Assembly (NCBI GenBank): GCA_963681965.1 | Contig: OY820579.1 | Coordinates: 3,424,001 to 3,488,000, forward strand | Direction: 5' to 3' | From: a bacterium | Lineage (GTDB): Bacteria > Electryoneota > JAOADG01 | DNA length: 64,000 nt | In this document: piece by piece, positions 18,901-27,900 of the stretch | How positions within the stretch are numbered: position 1 is the first letter of the stretch | How the letters are laid out: every line of letters starts with the position of its first letter | The notes under the pieces: generated by a model | Seen by the model: the letters and a program-made list of their open reading frames with translations, nothing else | What the model was told of the DNA's origin: nothing | Databases searched by the model: none | Made by a program: the position numbers and the translations under genes

Positions 18901-21885
18901 GGAATCGCGACCGACGATACCATCCATAAACATACCGAGCAGGCATCCGGATATTTTCAAATTGAGAAAGCGGTTGTATGAATTCGACGACTCTGTATTT
19001 GCATCATCGTGATTCGATACAATACCCGTTTGTTCGAAGGAATATCCCCGTGTCAGCGTAATCGAGGAATTGCTGATGGTGTTGTGACTTGCACCGTTCA
19101 ATAACCGAAATCCATTTTTACCGAATCCATCCTGATCGGAAACATTGATGCCATCGAAGGTAATCCAGCTTGCACCGTTCAGCGTGACAATATCGGTCGA
19201 TACACCAGGCGCGACGATCGTTGCGTTGCGTGTCGCACAGCGGAAGACGAGCGGATTGCTCGCTCCGATATTGTATATCGGAGTGATCGTTACAAGTTCC
19301 CGATAAATACCGGGAAGTACATTGACAGTCAATCCACTACTGCCGATGCCTAGATATGTAAGATCGCTTAAGACGCTGGCAAACGATGGATAGTCCATAC
19401 CCCCCATTTCAATCGAACCGGTCATTCCCGGATGCGTCGTAAACATGCGAGGAGCAGAAATATGGGTCGTCCCGGGGGGGTTGCTGTTTTCTTTGATGCG
19501 CCAGTAATAGGTCGTATTGATATTGAGTGTAGATATGATCGGATTCAAATTGTACCAGTTCGATGCAATCACCGCAGATGGTTCGAAATTCACCACATCA
19601 GACAATGACGTCGAGAGATAGACATCGTAGGTATTGTAACCATGCATCGTCCAAGTAAATTCGAGAATTCGCGGGATACCGCTCTCACAGTCCTGCGGTG
19701 AAATCAAATCGGGAAACCCGTATATTCCGGATTGCGAGTGAAACGACCAAACCGGACTAGCAAATTCCGAAGAGCCATACTTCGAAACAACTTTCCAATA
19801 ATATGTGGACGACGCCGTATATGATCCGGGATTGAACGTTGTATCGGTGATATTGGACGCAATTTTCATCGGTGGTGGATTGGACATTCCGAAATAGACA
19901 TCGTAGCCATCGGCACCAATACAACTATTCCAGCGCAAACCATCGTTGATAGCGGCATTTCCGCCATTCATCGGAAATGAGTTCGCTGGAATCTGATTGA
20001 GTGTTGTAAAAGAACTGACGTTACTTGTGGTAGTATAATCACCATTTCGCGACATCACCTTCCAGTAATAGAGTGTTCCACCAGCTAGTAGACCAGCGAC
20101 ATAACTGGTGCCGGATTGATTGCTGGAAACAATCGTTGTAGGTGGATTTGTCGTGCCAAGATAAACATCGTAACCAGTAGTTGTCGCAGTGGCATTCCAG
20201 CTCAACGTAGGATTTAATACCGAATTGATCGTTCCGGTCACAGGCAGCAAATTTGTCGGTTGTTCCGGAGTCGGATTATTGATTCGAACCGCAAGTCCCG
20301 GTACAGCATAACTTGAATTGTATGCTACAAGTGTCCCGGTCGTACCGGTACTGTTTTCGATTCCGATCGTCGCACTATTATTGATGGTTCCGATACTATC
20401 GTATTGAAACAAAATCGAGTTATCGCTCTGTTTCAGGATTGCTTGGAACTCACAAGTCCCCGTACCCGATATTCGCGGGCAATGCCACGTTACGATCAAT
20501 TGATTGCTGAGTGTCTGATATTTGACATAATTTCCGGTTCCCGTATTGAGCGTCAGATCGTCCCAATAAGGGGCAATCATCGAATTCGGTACTGCCGCAT
20601 TCGGCAGCGAAGTATTGTTGTATACCGTGGAGGTAGTTGAAGTATCCAGCGTAATCCACCCATTCGTGCAGAGTTTGAAATGAGTGAAATATTGTCCGTA
20701 GTAATAAAAGGGAAATCCAATCGGAAGTGCACTAGAAGTCGAATCGTCACCGCCGGTGTAAACAGTGGTTCCGGTCGTGGAAATATCGACCCACGCGAAT
20801 TCAGGACCAATGTTATCAAAATTGTCGTGCCACCGGTACCCGCCGGCATCGGCTGCTCGGATTGTGAACGACCATACAGCACCGGTATTGGTAGTAGTGC
20901 TATTTCGGGAAACGATTTTCCAGTAATAAGTCATGCCGTCGACCAAACTAAAAGCAGGATAGGTCAATCCCGTTTGATTGGACACGACTTGCGATGTCGG
21001 TGGATTGAAAGTGTTCAAGTAAACATCGTATCCAGTCGCATTCACTGCCGACTGCCAATTTAATATTATCATATTCCGTTGATTGGTGACGCCATTGACA
21101 GGACTATTGTAAACTGGCATACCCAGATAGGTTGCGTCGGGATAAATTCGAACCGCTCTGCCAGCTACGGCATATGATATGTTAAAATTCACAAGCGAGC
21201 CGATCGTACCGGTAGCGTTTTCGACACCGATCGTCGCGGAATTTACCGTCGTTCCGAGAGAATTGTATTGGAAAACGATGATACCACTGGGATAGAGAAT
21301 TGCCTGAAAAGTGTATGTCCCAGTAGCCCCCGAACGAGTAGTGCCAATCCAACTCACTACCAAATTTCCACTGACCAATTGGTAACGAATATTAGTCGAT
21401 ACCAGATCGTCCCAGAATGGCGCGACTAAAGCATTGGGAGCAGTTGAAGTCGGGATTGTCACATTGCTGTAACTTGTGATAGTCTCAGCAGTGTTCAATG
21501 TTATCCAGCCATTCGTACTAACTTTAAATTGCGTATAAGCGGTTCCGTAAAAATTGAAAGTGAATCCGATCGGTAATGCAGCGGAGAGAGATTCATCCCC
21601 GGATATACCGCAACTCGTTCCGGTACTCGAGATATCAATCCAACTGTAGGTCGGACCACCAGGCTCGCCATTGTTGTCGATCCACCGATACCCGTAGTTA
21701 TCATATCCTCCGGATGCATCGATCGATTGTGGTATCGTTATAGTAGGCGTATCGGGAAGCTTATCGAGAGCCTGATTCGGTTGTTTAGCGAAAATCGGTA
21801 CTGATGGGTAGAGGGTTGTTAGCAGTGCGAAGGTGATCAGTAAATAATTCAACGATCTATCTGAAAAGATTCGGCGGAACCGCAT
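12979..21885 (-). CDS. Giant secreted multidomain surface protein (about 2,968 aa): two NIDO-like domains, short FN3-like repeats, parallel beta-helix, about 13 Ig-like 'PNGGE' modules, two copies of an unrecognised domain, C-terminal FN3-like domain
   Basis: Signal peptide after ATG 21885 (GGAGG RBS); 'GY.W.D...PIGF.F.FYG...V.TNGWIT...APFWDDL' twice; 'L.W....GYDVY.G..NPP' four times; beta-helix with 'HNTV', 'RNNIF'; repeated 'PNGGE..DTI.W..NRNYP.G.WE..DTSD..F'. Confidence 0.85.
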   Translation of the reverse strand: MRFRRIFSDRSLNYLLITFALLTTLYPSVPIFAKQPNQALDKLPDTPTITIPQSIDASGGYDNYGYRWIDNNGEPGGPTYSWIDISSTGTSCGISGDESLSAALPIGFTFNFYGTAYTQFKVSTNGWITLNTAETITSYSNVTIPTSTAPNALVAPFWDDLVSTNIRYQLVSGNLVVSWIGTTRSGATGTYTFQAILYPSGIIVFQYNSLGTTVNSATIGVENATGTIGSLVNFNISYAVAGRAVRIYPDATYLGMPVYNSPVNGVTNQRNMIILNWQSAVNATGYDVYLNTFNPPTSQVVSNQTGLTYPAFSLVDGMTYYWKIVSRNSTTTNTGAVWSFTIRAADAGGYRWHDNFDNIGPEFAWVDISTTGTTVYTGGDDSTSSALPIGFPFYYYGQYFTHFKLCTNGWITLDTSTTSTVYNNTSLPNAAVPNSMIAPYWDDLTLNTGTGNYVKYQTLSNQLIVTWHCPRISGTGTCEFQAILKQSDNSILFQYDSIGTINNSATIGIENSTGTTGTLVAYNSSYAVPGLAVRINNPTPEQPTNLLPVTGTINSVLNPTLSWNATATTTGYDVYLGTTNPPTTIVSSNQSGTSYVAGLLAGGTLYYWKVMSRNGDYTTTSNVSSFTTLNQIPANSFPMNGGNAAINDGLRWNSCIGADGYDVYFGMSNPPPMKIASNITDTTFNPGSYTASSTYYWKVVSKYGSSEFASPVWSFHSQSGIYGFPDLISPQDCESGIPRILEFTWTMHGYNTYDVYLSTSLSDVVNFEPSAVIASNWYNLNPIISTLNINTTYYWRIKENSNPPGTTHISAPRMFTTHPGMTGSIEMGGMDYPSFASVLSDLTYLGIGSSGLTVNVLPGIYRELVTITPIYNIGASNPLVFRCATRNATIVAPGVSTDIVTLNGASWITFDGINVSDQDGFGKNGFRLLNGASHNTISNSSITLTRGYSFEQTGIVSNHDDANTESSNSYNRFLNLKISGCLLGMFMDGIVGRDSCNEIGSTTANPDDPNRFTVGATNSVGYGIFLNRQFGINVHDCTIQNVALTTSDYTYGIQAQSDVAASQFVRNRIHNLSILSGSGMVFGIDVGYTNNVIQIANNVIYDLRNNSQATGFRVFGIYSEGNSDIVHNTVVLDCDSTYGSACARIQTGIVRNNIFVNASYGSHSATNRHVIYYRAWQSGTIDNNVLYCPIELGGGAAVDVFTPESAVPWSTWKSSTVDPNSYWGDPCLSAMGTNLDYHLLSGSPALFRGSPISWAMTDFDSTRRNPVTPAAGVDEPLAVKLIKPAGGDAYPIGQVDTIKYNVSGVQSVNVELNRASGIGTWTSLSANIPETSHSYLWNPVTAPATTHARIKITSVQNPTMSDSNSTDFSIFEPTLSIVYPNGGESIIYGRHTNVSWTTNLSGTVRLEYSREAATTRVWSLIANGLPASGSFDWCDSLLTAATQGRIRVVSERYPTLTDMSDSDFSLVIPIFSLLNTSTVDTIYVGMTDTIRWQSNVGGHVRIKKWNSIPPGSWVTIFDNVPNTGSYIYSVDSSLFGFTNTFGRYSGQTNFRLESVEEPFRTSTSDNVKIYYPLSVINYNSYSYGPRIHLPLTLQWLPSNLPGNVRIDLNRNYPTGTWEMLFDTTPNDGNETWTVTAPAASAVFRISSISQPQYTSLISYSLLETIFHPSGIDTFFVGQQDTINWNYGDWHGATNYTIKLNRAYPGPIWITLANNVSSSSYQYLWMTSGAPTNSARIAVIPNGYPQYGDTTETFAIVNRQAVITRPAGGEQLIVGRPDSICWSTTYPTRYDVYVSRNGIDPVELELIASGVSSTDGHCHWTPTAPLSDNAYIYIVDTDLGIDDWSDVPFRIVSSTITISRPNDGEHFYFGLQDTIRWNSYNLSDTCHLAVDLRRGYTAQWENIIASTPNTGSVLWSPTGVANQNSKIRIRSVSNAAIWDTSDYTFNIENYSWLLAFLAKNPNTGTALLNEWSPPIPYDASTGNRPPVDIHFPAQSAGHPNPDTVRVFYRRSDTDDLAKRINRYWTIDPSSKQFESVDLTLRFSTADLPFGIADPVNADPGLMAVYSDDDGLTWIYEPGGACTVDNLASGTSGGTTFQFSVAGISHMSMWALTNDGLQPRLTYPNGNDTIVIGNTITFRWTNSIRGGNVAIQVNRNYPSSNWESIITSTANDSLENWVVSGAITSAARFRIVSTLYTSDGDTSNANTVIRSSGAMPVVSVTYPNGGEAFRVGAVDTIRWSAPTLSGNVSIQLNRNYPSTTWETLFSNTANDGKEAWTIAGTETVNARIRIRSYTTPTVGDTSDANFEIYKRTVKIGYPNSGEILTLNVADTIKWTSRDVTGNVQIKYTRSYPNPPWLTVPGATAVPVSRGYYLWTPSGTSTTNARIAIIPASYATAADTSDAAFSIQDRQITLTRPNGGEAFIRNRADTIRWVATYTGNVSLFLLRNGINGIEEIISAVDTIPSRRGYYVWTPTGTLTDSAYIHIVDTYYGLEDWSAAPFKIVNSSVSVTRPNDGEIFYLGLPDTIKWSNINLTGNVAIDLRRTITGSWENLAANQTNGGTLVWMPTGNPTISAKIRIRGVTETTTSDTSDFPFSVSYYPWSSISLMSSNPSFLVDSHIAWSPVIPYDLASNSLPPVELSFPTQTGLYTNPDRIELSYSPYNIDALTPERTITRCWITTPTQEQYLNASLGLRFTTSNLPSGIGDPLTSSPAIHAVYSDDGGTTWHFQSGGTIALDNGTTNSYKFTLNNLNHLSQWALTNGGLEPMVVRPNGSETLYLGHQDTIRWSSKILGGTVTIQLDRNYPSGTWETLFASIPNDSLEVWTVSGATTNNARLRIFSDWFATDGDTSNLVFHIAGIDTPAVPRNLSVSVSNQNTLLTWSRVDSSTAGRLMTVTGYRVYSCDTYLSTWLLRTSLSGAANTSWTDTNAVILAPKRFYRVRAFTDNSSDDMAPSDALRQTALPNRVMKISK

Positions 21886-21925
21886 TGGATCCTCCATTCT
21901 ATTTCGTAAATGTCAGTTGACTATA

Positions 21926-21954
21926 ATAATACCGTACTTTTCGAATGAACACAA
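21926..21954 (-). promoter_or_regulatory. Possible sigma70-like promoter for the giant gene starting at 21885
   Basis: TTGTGT-N17-TATTAT on the minus strand, about 40 nt upstream of the start; pattern match only. Confidence 0.3.
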
Positions 21955-22016
21955 CAATAATTTCGTAATCTTGCGATTATTCAACTCACTCGCAGGTGCT
22001 ATCCTCTCGCAAGAAG

Positions 22017-24947
22017 TTACTTTGTTTCCAACGCATTAAGTTCTTGAAGTGTTTTTTCTTCAGCATTACGATCATTCACTTCGCGATGGATTGACAGCGC
22101 CATGTGATAGAACTCGCGCGCTTTATCGGTTTCGGAATTGCGGCGGAACAAATTGGCAAGATTTGCCAATGCTAATCCTTCACTTCTCCGTTCTCCGATT
22201 TCGTTGTAAATCTGACACGCATTGCGACACGTTTCGATCGCAGTTGCGATATTTCCCATTCGAACTTGAAGTTTCACAAGATTGCTCGATAATCTTCCCT
22301 CGGCACTGCGATCGTGCAGTAATTTCGAACGTTCGCGACAACTGTCCAATAATTGTTCGCACTGTTCCCATTCGCCTTTACCGAAATAAATACCAGCAAG
22401 ATTCTGCTCGAATACATTGACCGAGTGAGTCTCTTTCAACGCACTCAACTGCTCGATCGCAGCTTTTAACAACTCTTCCGCTTCGGCAATCTCGCCGCGG
22501 TGATTGGCAATCAGACCGAGATTTCCGATTGCCAGCGCAGCAGTTTTCGCATCCGATTTTTCCAAAGCCAATTCGCTGGATCGCTGGTAATGTATAGCTG
22601 CACCATCGATATCGCCGATTAAGTAAAGATAATTCCCGATCCGGTTTTCGACTGTCGCCGTGTGACCGGAAAAATGTTCCATTTCTACAAAGAAGGATAA
22701 CCGATCAAGAATGAGCTTCTGTTCGGACCGTTTCCCAAGAATTGCATAAACACCTTCAAGTTGACTAAGCAAATCATAATACGATTTAGCCAATTGATGA
22801 TGAACCATATCCTCGTACCGCGGAAACCAATCCAAAATATTTTCTGCCATTTTTGCGGCTTCGCGATTGTGCCAAGCCCGGCGAAGTTGCTTCACAGCAC
22901 GCGACCCGTATTCCAACGATTTAGTTAAATCCCCGGCATGATACCAATGCTCGGCTAGAACGCCCGAGAAATATTCGGCATCGTTACCCAGAATCTCTTC
23001 AAGCGATTCCGCAGTCAAACGATGAATTAACGAGCGATTTTCTTTCAAAAGCGTCTGATACGCTACCGTTCGCGATATCGTCAATTTGAATTTGTATGAT
23101 GTCTCTTTCAGCGAAGTGATGTTGCGAAGAAAATCGCGAAATACTAATCCATTCAGTAGTGGTTCGGCATTTTCCACATGCGATAATTTTGTTTTTACCG
23201 ATTGAAATAGCTTTAAGGAGAAATCGAGTCCCATCACCGAGCATTGTTGCAGTACCTGTTTTTCTTCGTGTGGAAGCCGATCGACCCTTGCTCGCACCAA
23301 ACTGGTAATACTATTTGGCAAATCGCCGTGACCACTGTCGGTTAATCGCCAGTGTTCGTCTTTGAAGTGCAAGGTGCCGCTCTCCAGCCAATCCAACACG
23401 AATTCTTCGGTGTAAAATGGATTTCCCTGCGAAAATTCGAAGATCCGTTCGATAATCGTCTTATTCAATTTTACCGGTTCAGCGGAAGAACTATAAGCCA
23501 TCAGCATCGATGAAACATGATGCTGCGCTTGTTCCAACGTTAATGGTACAATCACTCGCTCGTGATAATCGACATAGGCTTCGCGAAGATCCAAAGTCAG
23601 ACGTTGTCCGTCGTCGCGATCGGGTCGAAAGGTGGCGAGAAAAAACATCGGTCGAAACGAATCGCAATTGGTGATCATGAATTCGAGAATTTCCTGCGAT
23701 CCCGAATCGAGCCAATGCAAATCGTCAAGGAAAAACACGATGCGAGGTAAATGATCGGCTAAGATCTGAAAGAGATTGCGGATTGCCAATTTCGATTGTT
23801 GATACAAAACTTGATCGGATAATTCCGATAATTCTTCGGATTCAAATCCCAAAATGTGACAGAGGAATGGAAAACAGGCTTGATATTCGGGATTTTCGCT
23901 TAGACCATACGCCGAACCGAATTCGTAGTATAACTGTTCAAACCTCGCCAGTTCCGATTTATCGTCGGTGATGCGAAAGAAATTGCGAAACAAATTTGCC
24001 CAAAGGTAAAACGGCGGTTGCGCGACCGACATCGTGTGACCGCGCAACAACGTGATCTCGTGATGAGATCGTATATGCTTCAAAAATTCGAAAACCAAGC
24101 GCGATTTACCGCACCCCGGATCGCCACGTAGACCGATCATCGTGTGTTTAACGCCACCGCGCGGATTGATTTCGGTAGGCGAATCCAGTGCTTTCCAACG
24201 CTCCTTGATAAATTCCAATTCGGAGTCGCGTCCGATAATCGGTACCGATTGCATCCACGATGTTCTTTCCCAGCGTGCTTTATGGATATCGCCAAACCCG
24301 ATTAGCCGATACGTATGAATTGGTTTACTCACCCCTTTGACTTCAACACCGCCTAAATCTTCCCAGATAAAATGATCGTGCGTCAATTTGACGACCGAAC
24401 TGGTGACTTGCACGGTGTTCACTGCCGCGGTGGATTCCATCCGCGATGCGACATTGACTGCGGTTCCCATGGCAGTGTGATGTCCGGTCGGATCGGGTCC
24501 AAATGTAACCCAACCGAAGTTGATACCGCACCGTGCACCGATCCGGATTCCCAATCCCGACACGGCGTCATCAAGTGTCTTCACCGCCTCGACCAATTTC
24601 ATTCCACAACTAACGGCGAGGTAACTGTCGTTTTCCGATGCTTGTTTCGCACCGAATAGCGCCATTACCAAATCGCCTTCGTATTTGTCGACATAACCGC
24701 CATGATGTTCGACAATTTTATGGAGCACTGTCATAATTCCGTGTGGACCATTGATGATCGAATTGATCGCCTCGGGATCGTTCAATTTTTCCGATAATGC
24801 GGTGAATCCTTTCAAGTCGAGAAATAGAATTGCGATTTCTCGGCGTTCACCCGGAAGCAGCTTGGGCGTTGGTGGTCCGGATTTATCGCCCGTCGAACCC
24901 AATTTTTTCAATTGTGCGGTCAACGAAGCAAGTAGTTGATCACTCAT
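22017..24947 (-). CDS. Class III adenylate/guanylate cyclase - AAA+/STAND ATPase - TPR protein (976 aa)
   Basis: Cyclase motifs FLDLKGFT, DKYEGD, GINFG, TAMGTAVNVASRME; Walker A GDPGCGKS; Walker B FFLDDLHWLD; GNPFY; C-terminal TPRs. Start at ATG 24947 (GGGAGG RBS, ATGA overlap with the upstream stop). Confidence 0.9.
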   Translation of the reverse strand: MSDQLLASLTAQLKKLGSTGDKSGPPTPKLLPGERREIAILFLDLKGFTALSEKLNDPEAINSIINGPHGIMTVLHKIVEHHGGYVDKYEGDLVMALFGAKQASENDSYLAVSCGMKLVEAVKTLDDAVSGLGIRIGARCGINFGWVTFGPDPTGHHTAMGTAVNVASRMESTAAVNTVQVTSSVVKLTHDHFIWEDLGGVEVKGVSKPIHTYRLIGFGDIHKARWERTSWMQSVPIIGRDSELEFIKERWKALDSPTEINPRGGVKHTMIGLRGDPGCGKSRLVFEFLKHIRSHHEITLLRGHTMSVAQPPFYLWANLFRNFFRITDDKSELARFEQLYYEFGSAYGLSENPEYQACFPFLCHILGFESEELSELSDQVLYQQSKLAIRNLFQILADHLPRIVFFLDDLHWLDSGSQEILEFMITNCDSFRPMFFLATFRPDRDDGQRLTLDLREAYVDYHERVIVPLTLEQAQHHVSSMLMAYSSSAEPVKLNKTIIERIFEFSQGNPFYTEEFVLDWLESGTLHFKDEHWRLTDSGHGDLPNSITSLVRARVDRLPHEEKQVLQQCSVMGLDFSLKLFQSVKTKLSHVENAEPLLNGLVFRDFLRNITSLKETSYKFKLTISRTVAYQTLLKENRSLIHRLTAESLEEILGNDAEYFSGVLAEHWYHAGDLTKSLEYGSRAVKQLRRAWHNREAAKMAENILDWFPRYEDMVHHQLAKSYYDLLSQLEGVYAILGKRSEQKLILDRLSFFVEMEHFSGHTATVENRIGNYLYLIGDIDGAAIHYQRSSELALEKSDAKTAALAIGNLGLIANHRGEIAEAEELLKAAIEQLSALKETHSVNVFEQNLAGIYFGKGEWEQCEQLLDSCRERSKLLHDRSAEGRLSSNLVKLQVRMGNIATAIETCRNACQIYNEIGERRSEGLALANLANLFRRNSETDKAREFYHMALSIHREVNDRNAEEKTLQELNALETK

Positions 24948-27900
24948 TTTCGACCTCCCACATTCCGGGATTTCGTATCCGTTGATAGCGACTCGAAGCG
25001 CACTTTCACCGCATCCACCGGCGCAAGGACAGGTGCACTCGACGAACTGCCGAGATAAGCGCGGACCTGATAGAACTTCGGTGAAATACCGACGGCATTC
25101 GAATCGGTCCAAGTCGTGGTCGTAGCACCGGCAAGCGTTTTCAACAACGTCATAGTAGTGGGATAACTCGTGCCGGTGTAGACACGGTATCCATCCGGTG
25201 TCAAAGCGTGACCTAGCGTAGAATATTCGACCGGCGACCAGCTCAGAATGGCATGCGCGTCGGAAGTCGTTATACTCAGATTCTGCGGCGCTTGCGGAGT
25301 TTCGGTGTAAGCACTGACGATGGTGAAATTCACATTGCTGGTGTCGGCATCGGTAGCAAGCAATGTATTCGGATTACCCCAATACGACGTGATGCGAATG
25401 CGCGCATTCGTCGAAGGTGACCCGCTCACCGTCCAGAGTTCCATCCCGTCATTCGGTGTTTCGGTCGCAATCGTTTCCCAAGATCCTGATGGATAATTCC
25501 GGTTCAATTCGATCTTCACCGTACCACCGTTGATTGCCGCATACCAGCGAATCGTATCGACTGTACCAATCGTACACTGACGACCACTATCCGGCATTGT
25601 AATCACTGGATCGAGACCGCTATTGGTCAACGACCACTTGCCCAGACGCGCCACGCTCGTCACGAAATACTGATAGGTGATCATGCCACTCGTGTTGTGT
25701 GCAGCACCATCGACTACGCACATTCCACCCGGTTGATAGATCCAAGTGAGACCATCGTCGTCGGAATGCACCGCCATCACAGTCGGATTTGCGGTGGTCG
25801 GATCGCTGATTCCACCCGGTAAATCGGCAGTCGTAAAGCGCAACGTCAATTGCGCATTCTGGAAATTCGCAGCAGTCGCCGTCAGATCCCATTCACGATT
25901 GACTGTGCTGACACTGATGTCGTCGGATGCACTCCGGATGTAATGGACACCCAGCGAATCGGGATTATAATTACTGCTCGACTGATCTGGAAAATAGACA
26001 TCGGCTGGCGGTCGATCGGCAGTTGAAGCATCGTACGGAATCACCGGATTCCAGGTGTGCTGACGGTTCGCATTGGGATTACGGGTACGGTATGTATTCG
26101 CCCAATTGAAATAGAAAATTGTAAACGAGGTATCGGAGACGTCGGAAATCGAGGTATCGGCAACCGAGCGAATCCGGATCCAAGCAGCACTCGACGCCGA
26201 TCCGTCGGGACGCCATTCAAACATTCCGGTATTCGGCAGATTCGTACGCAAGGTATCCCAACTGCCGTTTCCGCGTTTGATATCGATTCCGACATTCCCC
26301 GTAACATTTACTGACGACCAGCGCAATGTGTCCGTGAGCCCCAATACAAACGGTTCGTAGCCATTCGGTCGAGTGACGGTGATCAGCGAATTGACGATGC
26401 GGAAACTGCTATTCGAGTAATCTTCGACACCATTGTTACCATCGACGATGTAAATAAATGCGTCATTGGAAATGGGACCGGTCGGTGTCCAGACAAAGTA
26501 TCCATCGCGCGTCCGAACGGTATCCATATCGGTAATCGATTCCGCTTCTCCCAAGATTCCATTGCGGTATAGATAGATCGAGATATATCCATTGTAGGTG
26601 GTTGTCCAGCGAATGGTATCGGGTCGATCGATCAAGAATCGTTCGCTGCCATTCGGGCGCGTGAGTGTTAACTGCGGTGTCGGCACAACCGTGAAATTTG
26701 CATCGGATGTATCGATTAAATCGGTGCGCCCAACCGGAACAACCCGGATGCGATACGTCGTAGTTGCGGGAGCGGTCGGCGTCCATGCCAGATAACCACG
26801 CGAAGCAGGGATATTGCTGCCGCCGGTAGCAGTGACCCACGGTGTCGGGAACGTGCGTGAGAATTGAATGTTAACATTCCCGGTAAAACCGTGGTACAGC
26901 CACCGAATAGTATCGGCGACATTCAACGTGAGTACATCGCCGCCATTCGGGTAAATCAGCGGATGATAGATTTCGAAATTGGCAGCAGATGTGGCGAGTA
27001 CGTTTCCGGTCACTTTCGATACGAGTCGAATGCGCGCCGTGGTGGTTGCCGGGTTCGGTGCACGCCAGAGATAGCGTCCGGTATTGGCGAGTGTGGTAAT
27101 CGAATCCCAACTTCCCGTCGGATAGTTTCGATTCAATTCGATTCGAATCGAATCGGTGACGGTTCCCGCTACCCACTTGACCGAATCCTGTACGCCGATC
27201 TGGAGAAATTCACCGCCATTCGGACGCGTGAACAACAGCCCCTCGTAGATCGTGAAGTTGGTATCGGAGAGATCCGATATCGTCGGATACACAAGGCTGG
27301 TGATGCGAATCCGCGCGATCGTCGACGCGGGTGTAGAAACAGTCCAGGCAAATTGTCCAGCAGTAGCAGTTTGTGTGGTCAGCGAATCCCACGTTCCCGA
27401 TGGATAACTGCGATTGATTTGAATAAGGACATTCCCGCCGAGATCTTGCGATGTCCAGCGGATCGTGTCGGCACTCCCCACCTGTTTGGCAAGCACGCTG
27501 TTCGGTGCAGTGACGGTGATTGCCGGATTGATGATGGTGAAATTCGCATCGCTGGTATCGGCAAGTGACGGTGTCGCGATCGAACTGATTCGCATGCGAG
27601 CGGTAGTCGATGATGTACCCACAACAGTCCAATGATAGCTGCCGGTGTTATCGGCACTGGCGGCGAGGGTATCCCATGTTCCGGTCGGATAGTTGCGATT
27701 CAGTTGGATGCAGACATTGCCGGTGAAACCAATCCCGCTCCAGCGGATCGTGTCGACGGTTCCGTAGCGAAGAGTCTCCGAGCCGTTGGGGTGAGAAAGG
27801 GTGAGCACCATTGCTGAGCGAACTAGGCGGAAACCTATGGTTTGAGAAGGTATATCACTATTATTTCGGAATGCAGATCTAGAATAAACAGGATATGTTC

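Noticed and set aside
24948-25112. Cys-rich N-terminal extension of the cyclase given by the ORF track
   Set aside because: It overlaps the tail of the upstream gene in another frame; the RBS and ATGA overlap support the start at 24947.
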